Shown here: positions 41,786-50,596 of the stretch, one piece after another | How the letters are laid out: each line of letters begins with the position of its first letter | How positions within the stretch are numbered: the first letter of the stretch is position 1 | DNA from: a bacterium | GTDB lineage: Bacteria; UBA8248 | DNA length: 64,000 nt | Direction: 5' to 3' | NCBI GenBank assembly: GCA_965221165.1 | Contig: CBDCRP010000003.1 | Coordinates: 1,280,001-1,344,000, forward strand | Translations under genes and position numbers: made by a program | The notes under the pieces: generated by a model | Databases searched by the model: none | What the model was told of the DNA's origin: nothing | The model's input: only the letters and a program-made list of their open reading frames with translations

Positions 41786-41803
41786 GCGAACTGTTGGAGG
41801 GGC
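41749..41803 (+). other. Candidate programmed -1 ribosomal frameshift signal
   Basis: T TTT TTT at 41749-41755 in the RM frame, 6-nt spacer, 14-bp stem 41762-41775/41790-41803. The -1 frame is open into the S ORF. Confidence 0.7.
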
Positions 41804-43212
41804 TAGAAGCCTCAATCTTGTCAATCAACGAATGGCGTGAAGACAACGTCTTTTTTCGGCTCGATAGTGAGTATCAGTCCAAGACTCATGTTGTGGCTAT
41901 CGAGTCGCTCAAACAGTTTGGGGCTGTTCAACTCAAAGATGACCAACCCGAGATCATCCATCCGCATGAAATCAAGCGGGAGTATGTCGAAGAGGATGGG
42001 GTTTGGTTCCTTCGAGCCCAGAATGTTAGGCCACTAAGAATTAGCCCAACGAACAAGGTATTGATTTCAAAGGACGACGCTAACAAGCTTACCAAAAACG
42101 TGATTAAAACTAATGACGTGTTGATAACCAGAACAGGCGCTAACCGCGGAGAGTGTGCAATTTTTGATCGAAAAGAGTGCGCCATTGCCTCTTCACATAC
42201 TTTCATCATCCGTCCACAGAAAATTGATCCGAAATTTCTAACTGTTTTTATGAATTGCGTTTATGGAAAAACTCAAATCGACAAAGGTGTTTATGGTGCG
42301 GCGCAGCCTGAAATTGCGCCTTATTACCTTGGTAATATCTGGATTCCGACTGTCAGCGCCTCTTTTGTCATGCGCATTAAGTCTATATTCGATACCTCAA
42401 CGGCAAATAACACTTTGACCGAGACCAAGCAAAAGGAAGCTGAGGAAACGCTGCTTGCTGCTCTTGGGCTGGCGGATTGGACGCCGCCAGAACCTCTCAG
42501 CTATATCGCCCGCGCCAGTAATGCCTGCACCGCTGGGCGGTTAGATGCACAGTATTTCATGCCTGCCAAAGAACAGGTATGCCAGTCTCTCGCTGCGATG
42601 CCAGGAAGCAGCTTGGGCGAGTGCGTTGATTGCATACGTGAAATGTTCGTACCAAACAGTGCTACTAACACGATGAAATTACGAAATTACGATGTGACCG
42701 ATGCGCTTGTACCCATTCTCAACTCTGAGAAACAGCCCTCTTTCGCCGTCGAGATCGGCAGCAACAAGAAAACTTTCAAAGACGGCGACGTTGTGATCTC
42801 CCGTTTACGAGCCTACCTAAAGGAAATCGCCGTTGTGCGAATCAACGATGAGTTCCCCTCGGTCGGCTCATCGGAGTTCATCGTTCTGCGACTGAAAAAA
42901 AGCAAGTCCGATATCTCGCCGGAAACGCTTATGGTATTCCTTCGTTCAATCCCGGTGCAGACCATTCTGAAGTGGTGCCAAGACGGATCACAACACCCGC
43001 GTTTCAGTGAGGGCGACTTGCTGTCTATTACAGTGCCCGATGCCGTAGTCAGAGTCTCCAAAAAGATCACCAAGAGCATTCAAGAAGGTTTCGCCGCTCG
43101 CCACCAAGCCCGCCAGCTTCTCGAAGAAGCTAAGCGCGCTGTTGAGATCGCCATTGAAAACGGAGAAGCCGCCGCAATGACCTTCCTTGACCAAGCCGTA
43201 GGGGCAAGCTGA
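41794..43212 (+). CDS. Restriction specificity (HsdS-like) subunit with two target-recognition regions
   Basis: RLDSEY and RLDAQYF repeats, DVLITRTGA, GAAQP and GDVVISRLRAYL motifs. TTG start without a clear RBS. Confidence 0.85.
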   Translation: MEGLEASILSINEWREDNVFFRLDSEYQSKTHVVAIESLKQFGAVQLKDDQPEIIHPHEIKREYVEEDGVWFLRAQNVRPLRISPTNKVLISKDDANKLTKNVIKTNDVLITRTGANRGECAIFDRKECAIASSHTFIIRPQKIDPKFLTVFMNCVYGKTQIDKGVYGAAQPEIAPYYLGNIWIPTVSASFVMRIKSIFDTSTANNTLTETKQKEAEETLLAALGLADWTPPEPLSYIARASNACTAGRLDAQYFMPAKEQVCQSLAAMPGSSLGECVDCIREMFVPNSATNTMKLRNYDVTDALVPILNSEKQPSFAVEIGSNKKTFKDGDVVISRLRAYLKEIAVVRINDEFPSVGSSEFIVLRLKKSKSDISPETLMVFLRSIPVQTILKWCQDGSQHPRFSEGDLLSITVPDAVVRVSKKITKSIQEGFAARHQARQLLEEAKRAVEIAIENGEAAAMTFLDQAVGAS

Positions 43213-44003
43213 TGACACTTCCTTCTCATGCAGCAGACTGGATGAGCCGGGCCGAGATCGACTATATCGGTCCTTTCCTCAAAGCTTGGGCCGCGTTCAA
43301 CGCATGGTATCGCCACGACTCGGGACAGGCTCAGGAGCGCGACATGCTGGAGCATGTGAAAAACCGGCCTAACGCGGTGCGGCGGAGCATTCTACCTTTG
43401 TTGGATAAAAACAATGAAACCGCTGATGCGCTGAAACTAAAGCAAGCAGTCTACGACCTTCAACAACGCCTCGACGCCATTCATCTTGAGGTAACACACA
43501 AAGGAGTCAATGAACGTATTTCGCTTCGCACAGTTTGCATCCAATCCCAGCCTTTGCAACAGCGGCAGCATGTCCGCTATAGGAACGAGTTCAAAGCAGA
43601 AAGGATTCAGGGTGGAGCAATCGAGATCACAGTCACTTCTCAACAAACACAGCAAGTACGCTTTAAGCACACACAAGAGCAATATGCTCCCAACGAAGTT
43701 TATGCTCTTCCCAGCTTTACCGAGAGCCTCACGGAAGACCAGCGCAACACACTTATTGGGTTCTATGACAGTTGCAACCCGCGTCCTGTGCGCGACCTCG
43801 TTATGGGAGGCGGGCCAGCATTGTCCATAGGGACCATGCAGTTCCATTGCAGCCCGGAGGATCTATTATCTGGGTTGGTAGAAACTATCTATGCGATGCG
43901 AAATGCATTATTTCACGGTGAAGTGGAACCTGAATCGCAAATCTTAGCCTGCTATGAACCAGCTTACCGGATCGTTATGCAGTTCCTCACCTGCATTCAG
44001 TAA
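43212..44003 (+). CDS. Putative HEPN-domain protein (RNase)
   Basis: N-terminal FLKAWAAFNAWY and C-terminal IYAMRNALFHG (RxxxxH); TGATG overlap with the S gene. Confidence 0.6.
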   Translation: MTLPSHAADWMSRAEIDYIGPFLKAWAAFNAWYRHDSGQAQERDMLEHVKNRPNAVRRSILPLLDKNNETADALKLKQAVYDLQQRLDAIHLEVTHKGVNERISLRTVCIQSQPLQQRQHVRYRNEFKAERIQGGAIEITVTSQQTQQVRFKHTQEQYAPNEVYALPSFTESLTEDQRNTLIGFYDSCNPRPVRDLVMGGGPALSIGTMQFHCSPEDLLSGLVETIYAMRNALFHGEVEPESQILACYEPAYRIVMQFLTCIQ

Positions 44004-44038
44004 AAAATGACCCCTCGGGAACGAAAAAGGATACCCAC

Positions 44039-44135
44039 ACCACTCCTCCGCCCCGGCGCCACACGCTTGACAGGGGGAAAATCCCCCCATATCTTGCACA
44101 AATTAGCACTCCATGAGCCGGAGTGCCACACCAAA
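44039..44135 (+). repeat. Direct repeat copy 2: native hrcA promoter plus CIRCE
   Basis: TTGACA at 44067, TATCTT at 44090, CIRCE at 44103-44129. Confidence 0.95.
44103..44129. promoter_or_regulatory. CIRCE operator of hrcA
   Basis: TTAGCACTC-N9-GAGTGCCAC directly upstream of hrcA. Confidence 0.9.
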
Positions 44136-44173
44136 ATACTGCGACGAAGACGCCGCACCGGGAGACTTTCAAA

Positions 44174-45226
44174 ATGGACGCCCTGGAACTTGCCCAGAGA
44201 AACCGGGAAATCCTGCGCGCCATCATCAACATTTTCGTGGATACGGGCGAACCCGTGGGGAGCCGCACGCTCTCGAAGTATTCGGACCTAGCCTTGAGCC
44301 CCGCCACCATCCGCAACATCATGAGCGACCTGGCCGACGCGGGCTTTCTCACCAAGCCCCACATCTCCTCCGGCAGGCTCCCCACCGACCTGGGGTATCG
44401 CGTTTTCGTCGACGATCTGATGGATTCCCATACCCTCACGAGCGAGGAGCAGGAATCCATGCGCCTCGGCGCTTCCGCGCAAGCCGCTCAAATCGAACAG
44501 GTGCTCGCGCAGGCCACGCGCATACTCTCCGAACTCACCAACACGGCGGGGCTCGTGCTCCTGCCCGCAGGGGAGCAACTCCACTTCAAGCACATCAACT
44601 TCGTCAAGATGTCGGAAGAAAAAACCCTGGCCGTCATCGTCTCCATGAGCGGAGTGGTGCAAAACCGCGTCATCCCGACCGATACTCCCATCAGCCAGGA
44701 TGAGATGAACAGGGTTTCCAACCTGCTGAACGAGGAGTTCAGCGGTCTCGCCTTAAGAGAGGTGCGCGGGAAGATAATCCAGAAAATGACCCATGCGCGC
44801 GACAACCTCGATACCCTCTACCAGCAGGCTCTCAAGCTCAGCAAAGAGGCGCTCTCAGAAAGCGAAGCCGCGCAGGAATCCGTTTTCGTGGAGGGGGCGT
44901 CACGCGTGTTCTCACAACCCGATTTCGCCACCAACGCCGAGAAGCTCCAGACTCTCTACCGCACGTTCGAGGAGAGGGAGAAGCTCGTCCGCCTGCTGGA
45001 CAAATGCCTCGAATCCTCGGACATCACCATTCTCATCGGTTCCGAGAACGATTTCGAGGAGATGAAGGATTGCAGCGTCGTCGCCCAGCGCTACTACATG
45101 GACGACCGCCCGCTGGGCAGCATCGGCATCATCGGGCCCAAGCGCATGCGCTACGATCGCGCCGTGTCGCTGGTGGAATGGACGGCGGATTCGGTATCGA
45201 AATTCCTCTCCTCCGGAAAGCGTTAG
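44174..45226 (+). CDS. hrcA: Heat-inducible transcription repressor HrcA
   Basis: EPVGSRTL, SPATIRNIMSDL, PHISSGRLPT..GYR and GIIGPKRMRY motifs. Confidence 0.97.
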   Translation: MDALELAQRNREILRAIINIFVDTGEPVGSRTLSKYSDLALSPATIRNIMSDLADAGFLTKPHISSGRLPTDLGYRVFVDDLMDSHTLTSEEQESMRLGASAQAAQIEQVLAQATRILSELTNTAGLVLLPAGEQLHFKHINFVKMSEEKTLAVIVSMSGVVQNRVIPTDTPISQDEMNRVSNLLNEEFSGLALREVRGKIIQKMTHARDNLDTLYQQALKLSKEALSESEAAQESVFVEGASRVFSQPDFATNAEKLQTLYRTFEEREKLVRLLDKCLESSDITILIGSENDFEEMKDCSVVAQRYYMDDRPLGSIGIIGPKRMRYDRAVSLVEWTADSVSKFLSSGKR

Positions 45227-45275
45227 GCAAAAAAGCGCTTTCATCCCCATATCCCCCGGCGGAGGTCATGATTCC

Positions 45276-46355
45276 TTGAACATCGCCGACGCCCTCAAAA
45301 TCCTGGGTCTGGAGAAAAGCGCCTCCACATCCCAACTCAAGAGCGCCTACAAAAAACTGGCACTGGAATTCCATCCGGACAGAAACCCGGACGACCCCGA
45401 GGCGGAAAGGCGCTTCAAACAGATAATCATCGCGCATGAAATCCTGAAAGACCCGAAACGCCCAGACCCCCACGGAACACCCCGTGCGAAGAAATCCACT
45501 CAGCCCCGAAACGGGTACGAGGAAAAATGGGAGGATATTTTCTCCCACATTTTCCGAAACGCGCGCGAATCGGGCGATGCGGAAAAAAGCGCACCCCAGG
45601 ACCTGCACGCCCAAATCGAGGTGACGCTCGAGGACCTCCTGGGAGACACCACAAAGGAAATTCCCGTCTCGCGCCGGATGCGCTGCGCTTCATGCGGGGG
45701 GCGCGGCGCCGATCCCCATACCCGAATGAGCGCCTGCCCCGCGTGCAAGGGCGCGGGCGAGGTTCGCTACCGTCAAGGACTCGCGGAGTTGCGCATCCCC
45801 TGTTCGGCCTGTGCGGGGAGCGGCGAATACACGGGCGAGGCGTGCGGGGCCTGCGGGGGAGAGGGCCGCACGGCCGGGCGAGATACCGTGAAGGTGGCGA
45901 TTCCCGCCGCGGCCCAAGAAGGCGCGCAAATCAAAATCAAGGGCAAGGGCGATGAGGGCGCGGACGAGGCGGGAGACCTCATCGTCACGGTGCGCGCAAA
46001 ACCCCACCCGATATTCGAGAGAGAGGGCAACCACATCCTCTTCGACCTGCCGGTGAGTTTTTCTCAAGCCGCCCTCGGCCACGAAGCCCTCGTGCCCACG
46101 CTTAAGGAAGCCCGGAAAATCAAGATTCCCGCCGGAACCCAATCGGGCCGGGTGTTTCGCTTGAAGGGAGAGGGATTATCGCCTGCGGGAGGGCGGAACA
46201 CGGGCGATCTGCGCGTCCGCGTGATCATCGAAACGCCCACCAAGCTCAACCAGCGTCAGCGGGAAATTTTAGCCGAGTTTCAAAGAATTTCCTCGCCCTC
46301 CACGCATCCGCGAACCCGGAAATTTCTGGAGAAAATGAAATCCCGTCTCGAATGA
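45276..46355 (+). CDS. dnaJ: DnaJ family chaperone
   Basis: J-domain HPD, four CxxCxGxG repeats and a C-terminal domain. Confidence 0.85.
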   Translation: MNIADALKILGLEKSASTSQLKSAYKKLALEFHPDRNPDDPEAERRFKQIIIAHEILKDPKRPDPHGTPRAKKSTQPRNGYEEKWEDIFSHIFRNARESGDAEKSAPQDLHAQIEVTLEDLLGDTTKEIPVSRRMRCASCGGRGADPHTRMSACPACKGAGEVRYRQGLAELRIPCSACAGSGEYTGEACGACGGEGRTAGRDTVKVAIPAAAQEGAQIKIKGKGDEGADEAGDLIVTVRAKPHPIFEREGNHILFDLPVSFSQAALGHEALVPTLKEARKIKIPAGTQSGRVFRLKGEGLSPAGGRNTGDLRVRVIIETPTKLNQRQREILAEFQRISSPSTHPRTRKFLEKMKSRLE

Positions 46356-46472
46356 CATGGCCCGGCCCGCCTTGTTGCGCCCGAAATTTCTTGCTACATA
46401 TCTCTTCCGGAAAACAAAATTCACCAGCCTGTCCGATATATCCACGAAAATCAGACATAGGAGCATTACACA

Positions 46473-47558
46473 TTGTCGAATCAAGCCCTCATCGACGAGT
46501 TCATCGAGAAGACGCAAAAACTGAACGGCCGGCCCGTGCGCGAGCGCGAGGCGTGGAACAACGAGGCGAGCGCCGACGCCATCCGCCATTTCGCATACGG
46601 CATCGACGACGACAACCCGCTTTGGCTGGACGCCGGATACGCAGCCGGCACCGCCTACGATAACGTCATGGCGCCACCCGCGTTTCTGGTGTCTGTCCTC
46701 TACCCGATTCTGCACGGAGCGCCCATGGAGGTTCCGCTCTCCTCCCTCATCGGGGGCGTGGAGTTCGAATGGGAAAAACCCATACCGCTCGGAGCCAAGC
46801 TCCGCGCGGAGTCCATCCAGAAAGATTCCTTCGTCAAGACGAACAAGGCGGGCCGACAACTTATCTTCATCATCTCCGAGTGCACCTACTGGAACGAGGA
46901 GGATGAGGTCGTCGCCAGGGGCACCGGCACGATGATAAGGACCCTCCAGGAGGGAAACGCGCTCCTCTACGAGAGGCCGATCAAGCAATACGGCGAGGCG
47001 GAGTTCCAGGAAATTGAACACGCCTACGAGGCCGAGGAGAGAAAAGGCGGCGAGAAGCGCCGCTTCGCGGAAGTATCCGTCGGGGATGAACTCCCGCCCA
47101 TGCTTCGCGGCCCCCTCACCATCGGCGACATGGTGGCCTGGAACGCGGGCAACGGCCCATCCTACAAGGCGGGAAGACGCGGCTATCTGGACCTCAAAAA
47201 AGCGCCGCACAACGCCGTCCTCATCCCCCAGATCGGCATCAAGGTGAAAAACTCCCAGCAACACGAGGACTTCAACCTCGCCTCGGGGCGCGGGATGCCG
47301 GGTCCGTTCGACAACGGCGTCATGCGCTTCGCCTGGGTGAGCCCCTTCATCACCAACTGGATGGGGGACGATGCCTTTCTCAAGAACCTCTACGTCCAGG
47401 TGCGCCGCCCCATGATCTATGGCGACACCATCCGGCACACGGGCAAGGTGGTCGAGAAAAACGAGGCCGACGGCACCGTGAAGGTGGAAATTACCGGAAC
47501 GAACCAGGAAGGCGAACTGGCGACGGCGGGCTCGGCCGTGGTTCGGCTGCCGGAATAA
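46473..47558 (+). CDS. Double hotdog MaoC/FAS1-like dehydratase
   Basis: AIRHFAYGIDDDNPLW, APPAF and a second hotdog domain with QHED and GDT. Confidence 0.8.
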   Translation: MSNQALIDEFIEKTQKLNGRPVREREAWNNEASADAIRHFAYGIDDDNPLWLDAGYAAGTAYDNVMAPPAFLVSVLYPILHGAPMEVPLSSLIGGVEFEWEKPIPLGAKLRAESIQKDSFVKTNKAGRQLIFIISECTYWNEEDEVVARGTGTMIRTLQEGNALLYERPIKQYGEAEFQEIEHAYEAEERKGGEKRRFAEVSVGDELPPMLRGPLTIGDMVAWNAGNGPSYKAGRRGYLDLKKAPHNAVLIPQIGIKVKNSQQHEDFNLASGRGMPGPFDNGVMRFAWVSPFITNWMGDDAFLKNLYVQVRRPMIYGDTIRHTGKVVEKNEADGTVKVEITGTNQEGELATAGSAVVRLPE

Positions 47559-47571
47559 AACGCGAGAGCCT

Positions 47572-48450
47572 GTGAAGAAAAAATGGCTCGAACTCATGGT
47601 TCAGGTTCGTGACGATCTGGCCGAGGAGGCATCCGCCCGCATATTGGACGCAGGCGCATCTGCCGTCGAGCAGCGAGACGGCGCGGGGGAAGCATCGCTC
47701 CTCATCACGCACATCGCCCTTGAAGACGGTGCGACGGCGAAACTCCGCACGATAGAAGCCCTCCTCACCGGCCTGGGCGTTGCGAAGAGCGCCATCACAC
47801 TCAAAAACATCGAGGATCAGGACTGGATCGCCCAGTCACGGGGTCATTTCAAGGGCGAAGCCTATGGGGAGAAACTCTGGGTGAGGCCGCCCTGGGATGA
47901 AAACGAGACGCCGGGCGGGCGCATCGAACTGATCCTGGAGCCGGGCCTCGCCTTCGGCACGAGCAGGCATCCCTCCACGCGCCTGGCCCTGCTCGCCGTT
48001 GAAAACGAATGCGCCAGAAAACCTCCCGAACGCATGGTGGACTTAGGGTGTGGTTCGGGCATCCTGGGCGTCGCCGCCCTTCTCTATGGCGCAAGGCAGG
48101 TGGCGGCGTTCGACCTGGACCCGAAGGCCGTGGAGGAGACCATGGCGCTTGCGCAAAGAAACGGGGTAGGAGATTGCATGACGACGCGCAACACGACACT
48201 TGCGGCAGGCGCGCTCGAAGACTGGTGGGGCCTCGTTGATTTCGTCGCGGCGAACATCTTCCTGGGCGCTCTCAGAGAACTCGCGCCGCTCATTCACGGG
48301 GCGCTCGCTCCCGGGGGCCGGGCCGTTCTCTCAGGGATAGGCTACGAGCAGGCGGACGCTCTCGCCCGCATCTACAGAGAGGCCGGCTTCACGCTCGAGA
48401 AGACGAGCCGAATCGAGGAGTGGGCGAGCATCGAGGTTTCAAAACCATGA
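47572..48450 (+). CDS. prmA: Ribosomal protein L11 methyltransferase
   Basis: EPGLAFGT..HPST, DLGCGSGIL, ANI and LSGI motifs. Confidence 0.93.
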   Translation: MKKKWLELMVQVRDDLAEEASARILDAGASAVEQRDGAGEASLLITHIALEDGATAKLRTIEALLTGLGVAKSAITLKNIEDQDWIAQSRGHFKGEAYGEKLWVRPPWDENETPGGRIELILEPGLAFGTSRHPSTRLALLAVENECARKPPERMVDLGCGSGILGVAALLYGARQVAAFDLDPKAVEETMALAQRNGVGDCMTTRNTTLAAGALEDWWGLVDFVAANIFLGALRELAPLIHGALAPGGRAVLSGIGYEQADALARIYREAGFTLEKTSRIEEWASIEVSKP

Positions 48451-49217
48451 CGCGCGACGGACTGCGGCTTTTCTACGTCGAGCCCGAAGCGGTTCAGGGC
48501 GAGCGAATCGTCCTGGGGACGGAGGAATCCGCGCACATCCGCCGCGTCCTCAAGATGAAGGCGGGCGCGATTTGCCGCGTGGCCACCGAGGATGGGCGTG
48601 AATACAAGGTGGAGCTGACGGAAATCGACGCCGATGAAAGCACCGCCCAAATCATCGAGCGCCTGCCCGAAAGACCGCCCTCCCCCATGTCGATATCCTT
48701 AGGACTTCCCCTGCTCAAAGGGGAGCGGTTCGAGTGGGTCCTCCAGAAAGCTTGCGAACTGGGTGTCGATACGTTTTATCCGCTTGCGCTCGATAGGTGC
48801 GAAGTCAGGATTCAGGAGAAAAGGAGCGCCGAGCGCCACAGACGCTGGCGGCGAATCGTACTGGAAGCCGCCAAGCAGTGCGACCGCGTGCCCCCGCCTG
48901 TTGCGCATCCACTCGGCGACCTCAAGGGTTTTCTCGCCGAAACGAAGGATTTTGATCTCAAAATCATGGGGTATCTGGGAGAAGAAGCAATTTCCGCCAA
49001 ACAAGCGCTATCGCGAGTGCGCCGGGATACGACCGCCGCGCCGCTTCGCGTCGCCCTCCTGACCGGTCCCGAGGGAGACCTCACGAACGAGGAATCAGGA
49101 GGAGCGATGGATTGCGGTTTCCTGCCGGTATCCCTGGGCCCCAGAATCCTGCGCGCAGACACGGCTCCCGTCTCGCTCGTCACCATCGTGCAACACGCCC
49201 TGGGGGATATGGGTTGA
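48447..49217 (+). CDS. rsmE: 16S rRNA m3U1498 methyltransferase
   Basis: HIRRVL, QKACELGV, EAAKQC, GPEG and LGPRILRADTA motifs. Confidence 0.95.
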   Translation: MTRDGLRLFYVEPEAVQGERIVLGTEESAHIRRVLKMKAGAICRVATEDGREYKVELTEIDADESTAQIIERLPERPPSPMSISLGLPLLKGERFEWVLQKACELGVDTFYPLALDRCEVRIQEKRSAERHRRWRRIVLEAAKQCDRVPPPVAHPLGDLKGFLAETKDFDLKIMGYLGEEAISAKQALSRVRRDTTAAPLRVALLTGPEGDLTNEESGGAMDCGFLPVSLGPRILRADTAPVSLVTIVQHALGDMG

Positions 49218-49294
49218 TATGTCCCCCTATTGTTTGACACCTTTTTCGCGCCGCTCTACTTTGTGGTCTTCACCATTTTAAGTAGGAATATCCG

Positions 49295-50575
49295 ATGAAG
49301 GTCATCATTGTCGGCGGGGGCGGTCGCGAGCACGCCCTGGCCTGGAAACTGAACCAAAGCCCGGATGTGGATGAGGTCCTCTGCGCACCCGGAAACGCGG
49401 GCACGGCGCGGGTCGGGCGAAACGTTGCCGCAGGTGCTGAGGACATCGAGGGTCTCCTCTCGCTGGCGAAAGAGGAAAAGCCGGGCCTGGTGGTCGTCGG
49501 CCCCGAGGCCCCTCTCGCCTTGGGGCTCGTGGATGAACTGGAAGCGCTCGGGATTCGGGCGTTCGGCCCATCGGCCGAGGCCGCCCGCATCGAGGCGAGC
49601 AAGGCGTTTTCAAAAGCCTTGATGGACGAGGCGGGAATCCCCACCGCCGCCTACGGTGTTTTCGAGGAAGCGGGAGCGGCCAGGGATTTCGTCTCAAAAC
49701 GCGGCGGCGCATGGGCGGTGAAGGCCGATGGCCTGGCCGCAGGCAAGGGCGTGCTCCTGTGTCCGGACGTATCGAGCGCGCACGAGGCCATATCCCAAAT
49801 CATGGAAAAAAGAGCGTTCGGAGAAGCGGGCGCCACGTGCGTGGTGGAGGAATTTTTAGAAGGCGAGGAGGCGAGCTTTCTCGCGTTCGCAGACGGGGAA
49901 ACCGCGCTCCCCATGGCCTCGGCCCAGGATCACAAGGCCATCGGCGAGAACGATACCGGCCCCAACACGGGCGGCATGGGCGCGTACTCCCCCGCACCCG
50001 TACTCTCCGGCGCGCTCGAACAAAAAGCGCTCGAAACCGTCATCAAACCCGCCATCCGCACCATGGCGAGGCGAGGAACGCCTTACCGGGGCGTTCTCTA
50101 CGCCGGCCTCATGGTGCAGGGTGATGAACTGAAAGTCCTGGAATTCAACTGCCGCTTCGGCGACCCCGAATGCCAGCCGCTGCTCACCCGCATGGAGGGG
50201 GATTTGCTGCCCGTCCTCATGGCGTGCGTGGAGGGACGACTGCACGAGACGACCATCCGCTACTCGAAAGACGCGGCGGTCTGCGTCGTCATGGCGGCGG
50301 GCGGCTACCCGGACGCCTACCGGAAGGGTGACCCGATTCACGGAATCGAGGACGCCGACTCCCTGCCCGGCGTTCACGTTTTTCATGCGGGAACGAGCCT
50401 GAGCGATTCCGGCGAGGTCGTAACCGCCGGTGGCCGCGTGCTCGGCGTCACCGCGCGCGGGATCGACATCCGCGCAGCGGTTGCGCGCGCATACGAGGCG
50501 AGCGAGCTGATTTATTGGAAAGATGCGTATTTCAGAAAAGACATCGGCGCCAAGGCGTTGAGACGTCTGGGCTGA
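49295..50575 (+). CDS. purD: Phosphoribosylamine--glycine ligase
   Basis: GGGGREHAL, VKADGLAAGKGV, GPNTGGMGAY and EFNCRFGDPE motifs. Confidence 0.98.
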   Translation: MKVIIVGGGGREHALAWKLNQSPDVDEVLCAPGNAGTARVGRNVAAGAEDIEGLLSLAKEEKPGLVVVGPEAPLALGLVDELEALGIRAFGPSAEAARIEASKAFSKALMDEAGIPTAAYGVFEEAGAARDFVSKRGGAWAVKADGLAAGKGVLLCPDVSSAHEAISQIMEKRAFGEAGATCVVEEFLEGEEASFLAFADGETALPMASAQDHKAIGENDTGPNTGGMGAYSPAPVLSGALEQKALETVIKPAIRTMARRGTPYRGVLYAGLMVQGDELKVLEFNCRFGDPECQPLLTRMEGDLLPVLMACVEGRLHETTIRYSKDAAVCVVMAAGGYPDAYRKGDPIHGIEDADSLPGVHVFHAGTSLSDSGEVVTAGGRVLGVTARGIDIRAAVARAYEASELIYWKDAYFRKDIGAKALRRLG

Positions 50576-50596
50576 CCCCGTGACTCCCGGTTCAGA

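Noticed and set aside
39603-44135. Prophage or integrative element with attL/attR
   Set aside because: No integrase, transposase, tRNA target or phage genes; recorded only as a direct-repeat-flanked cassette.
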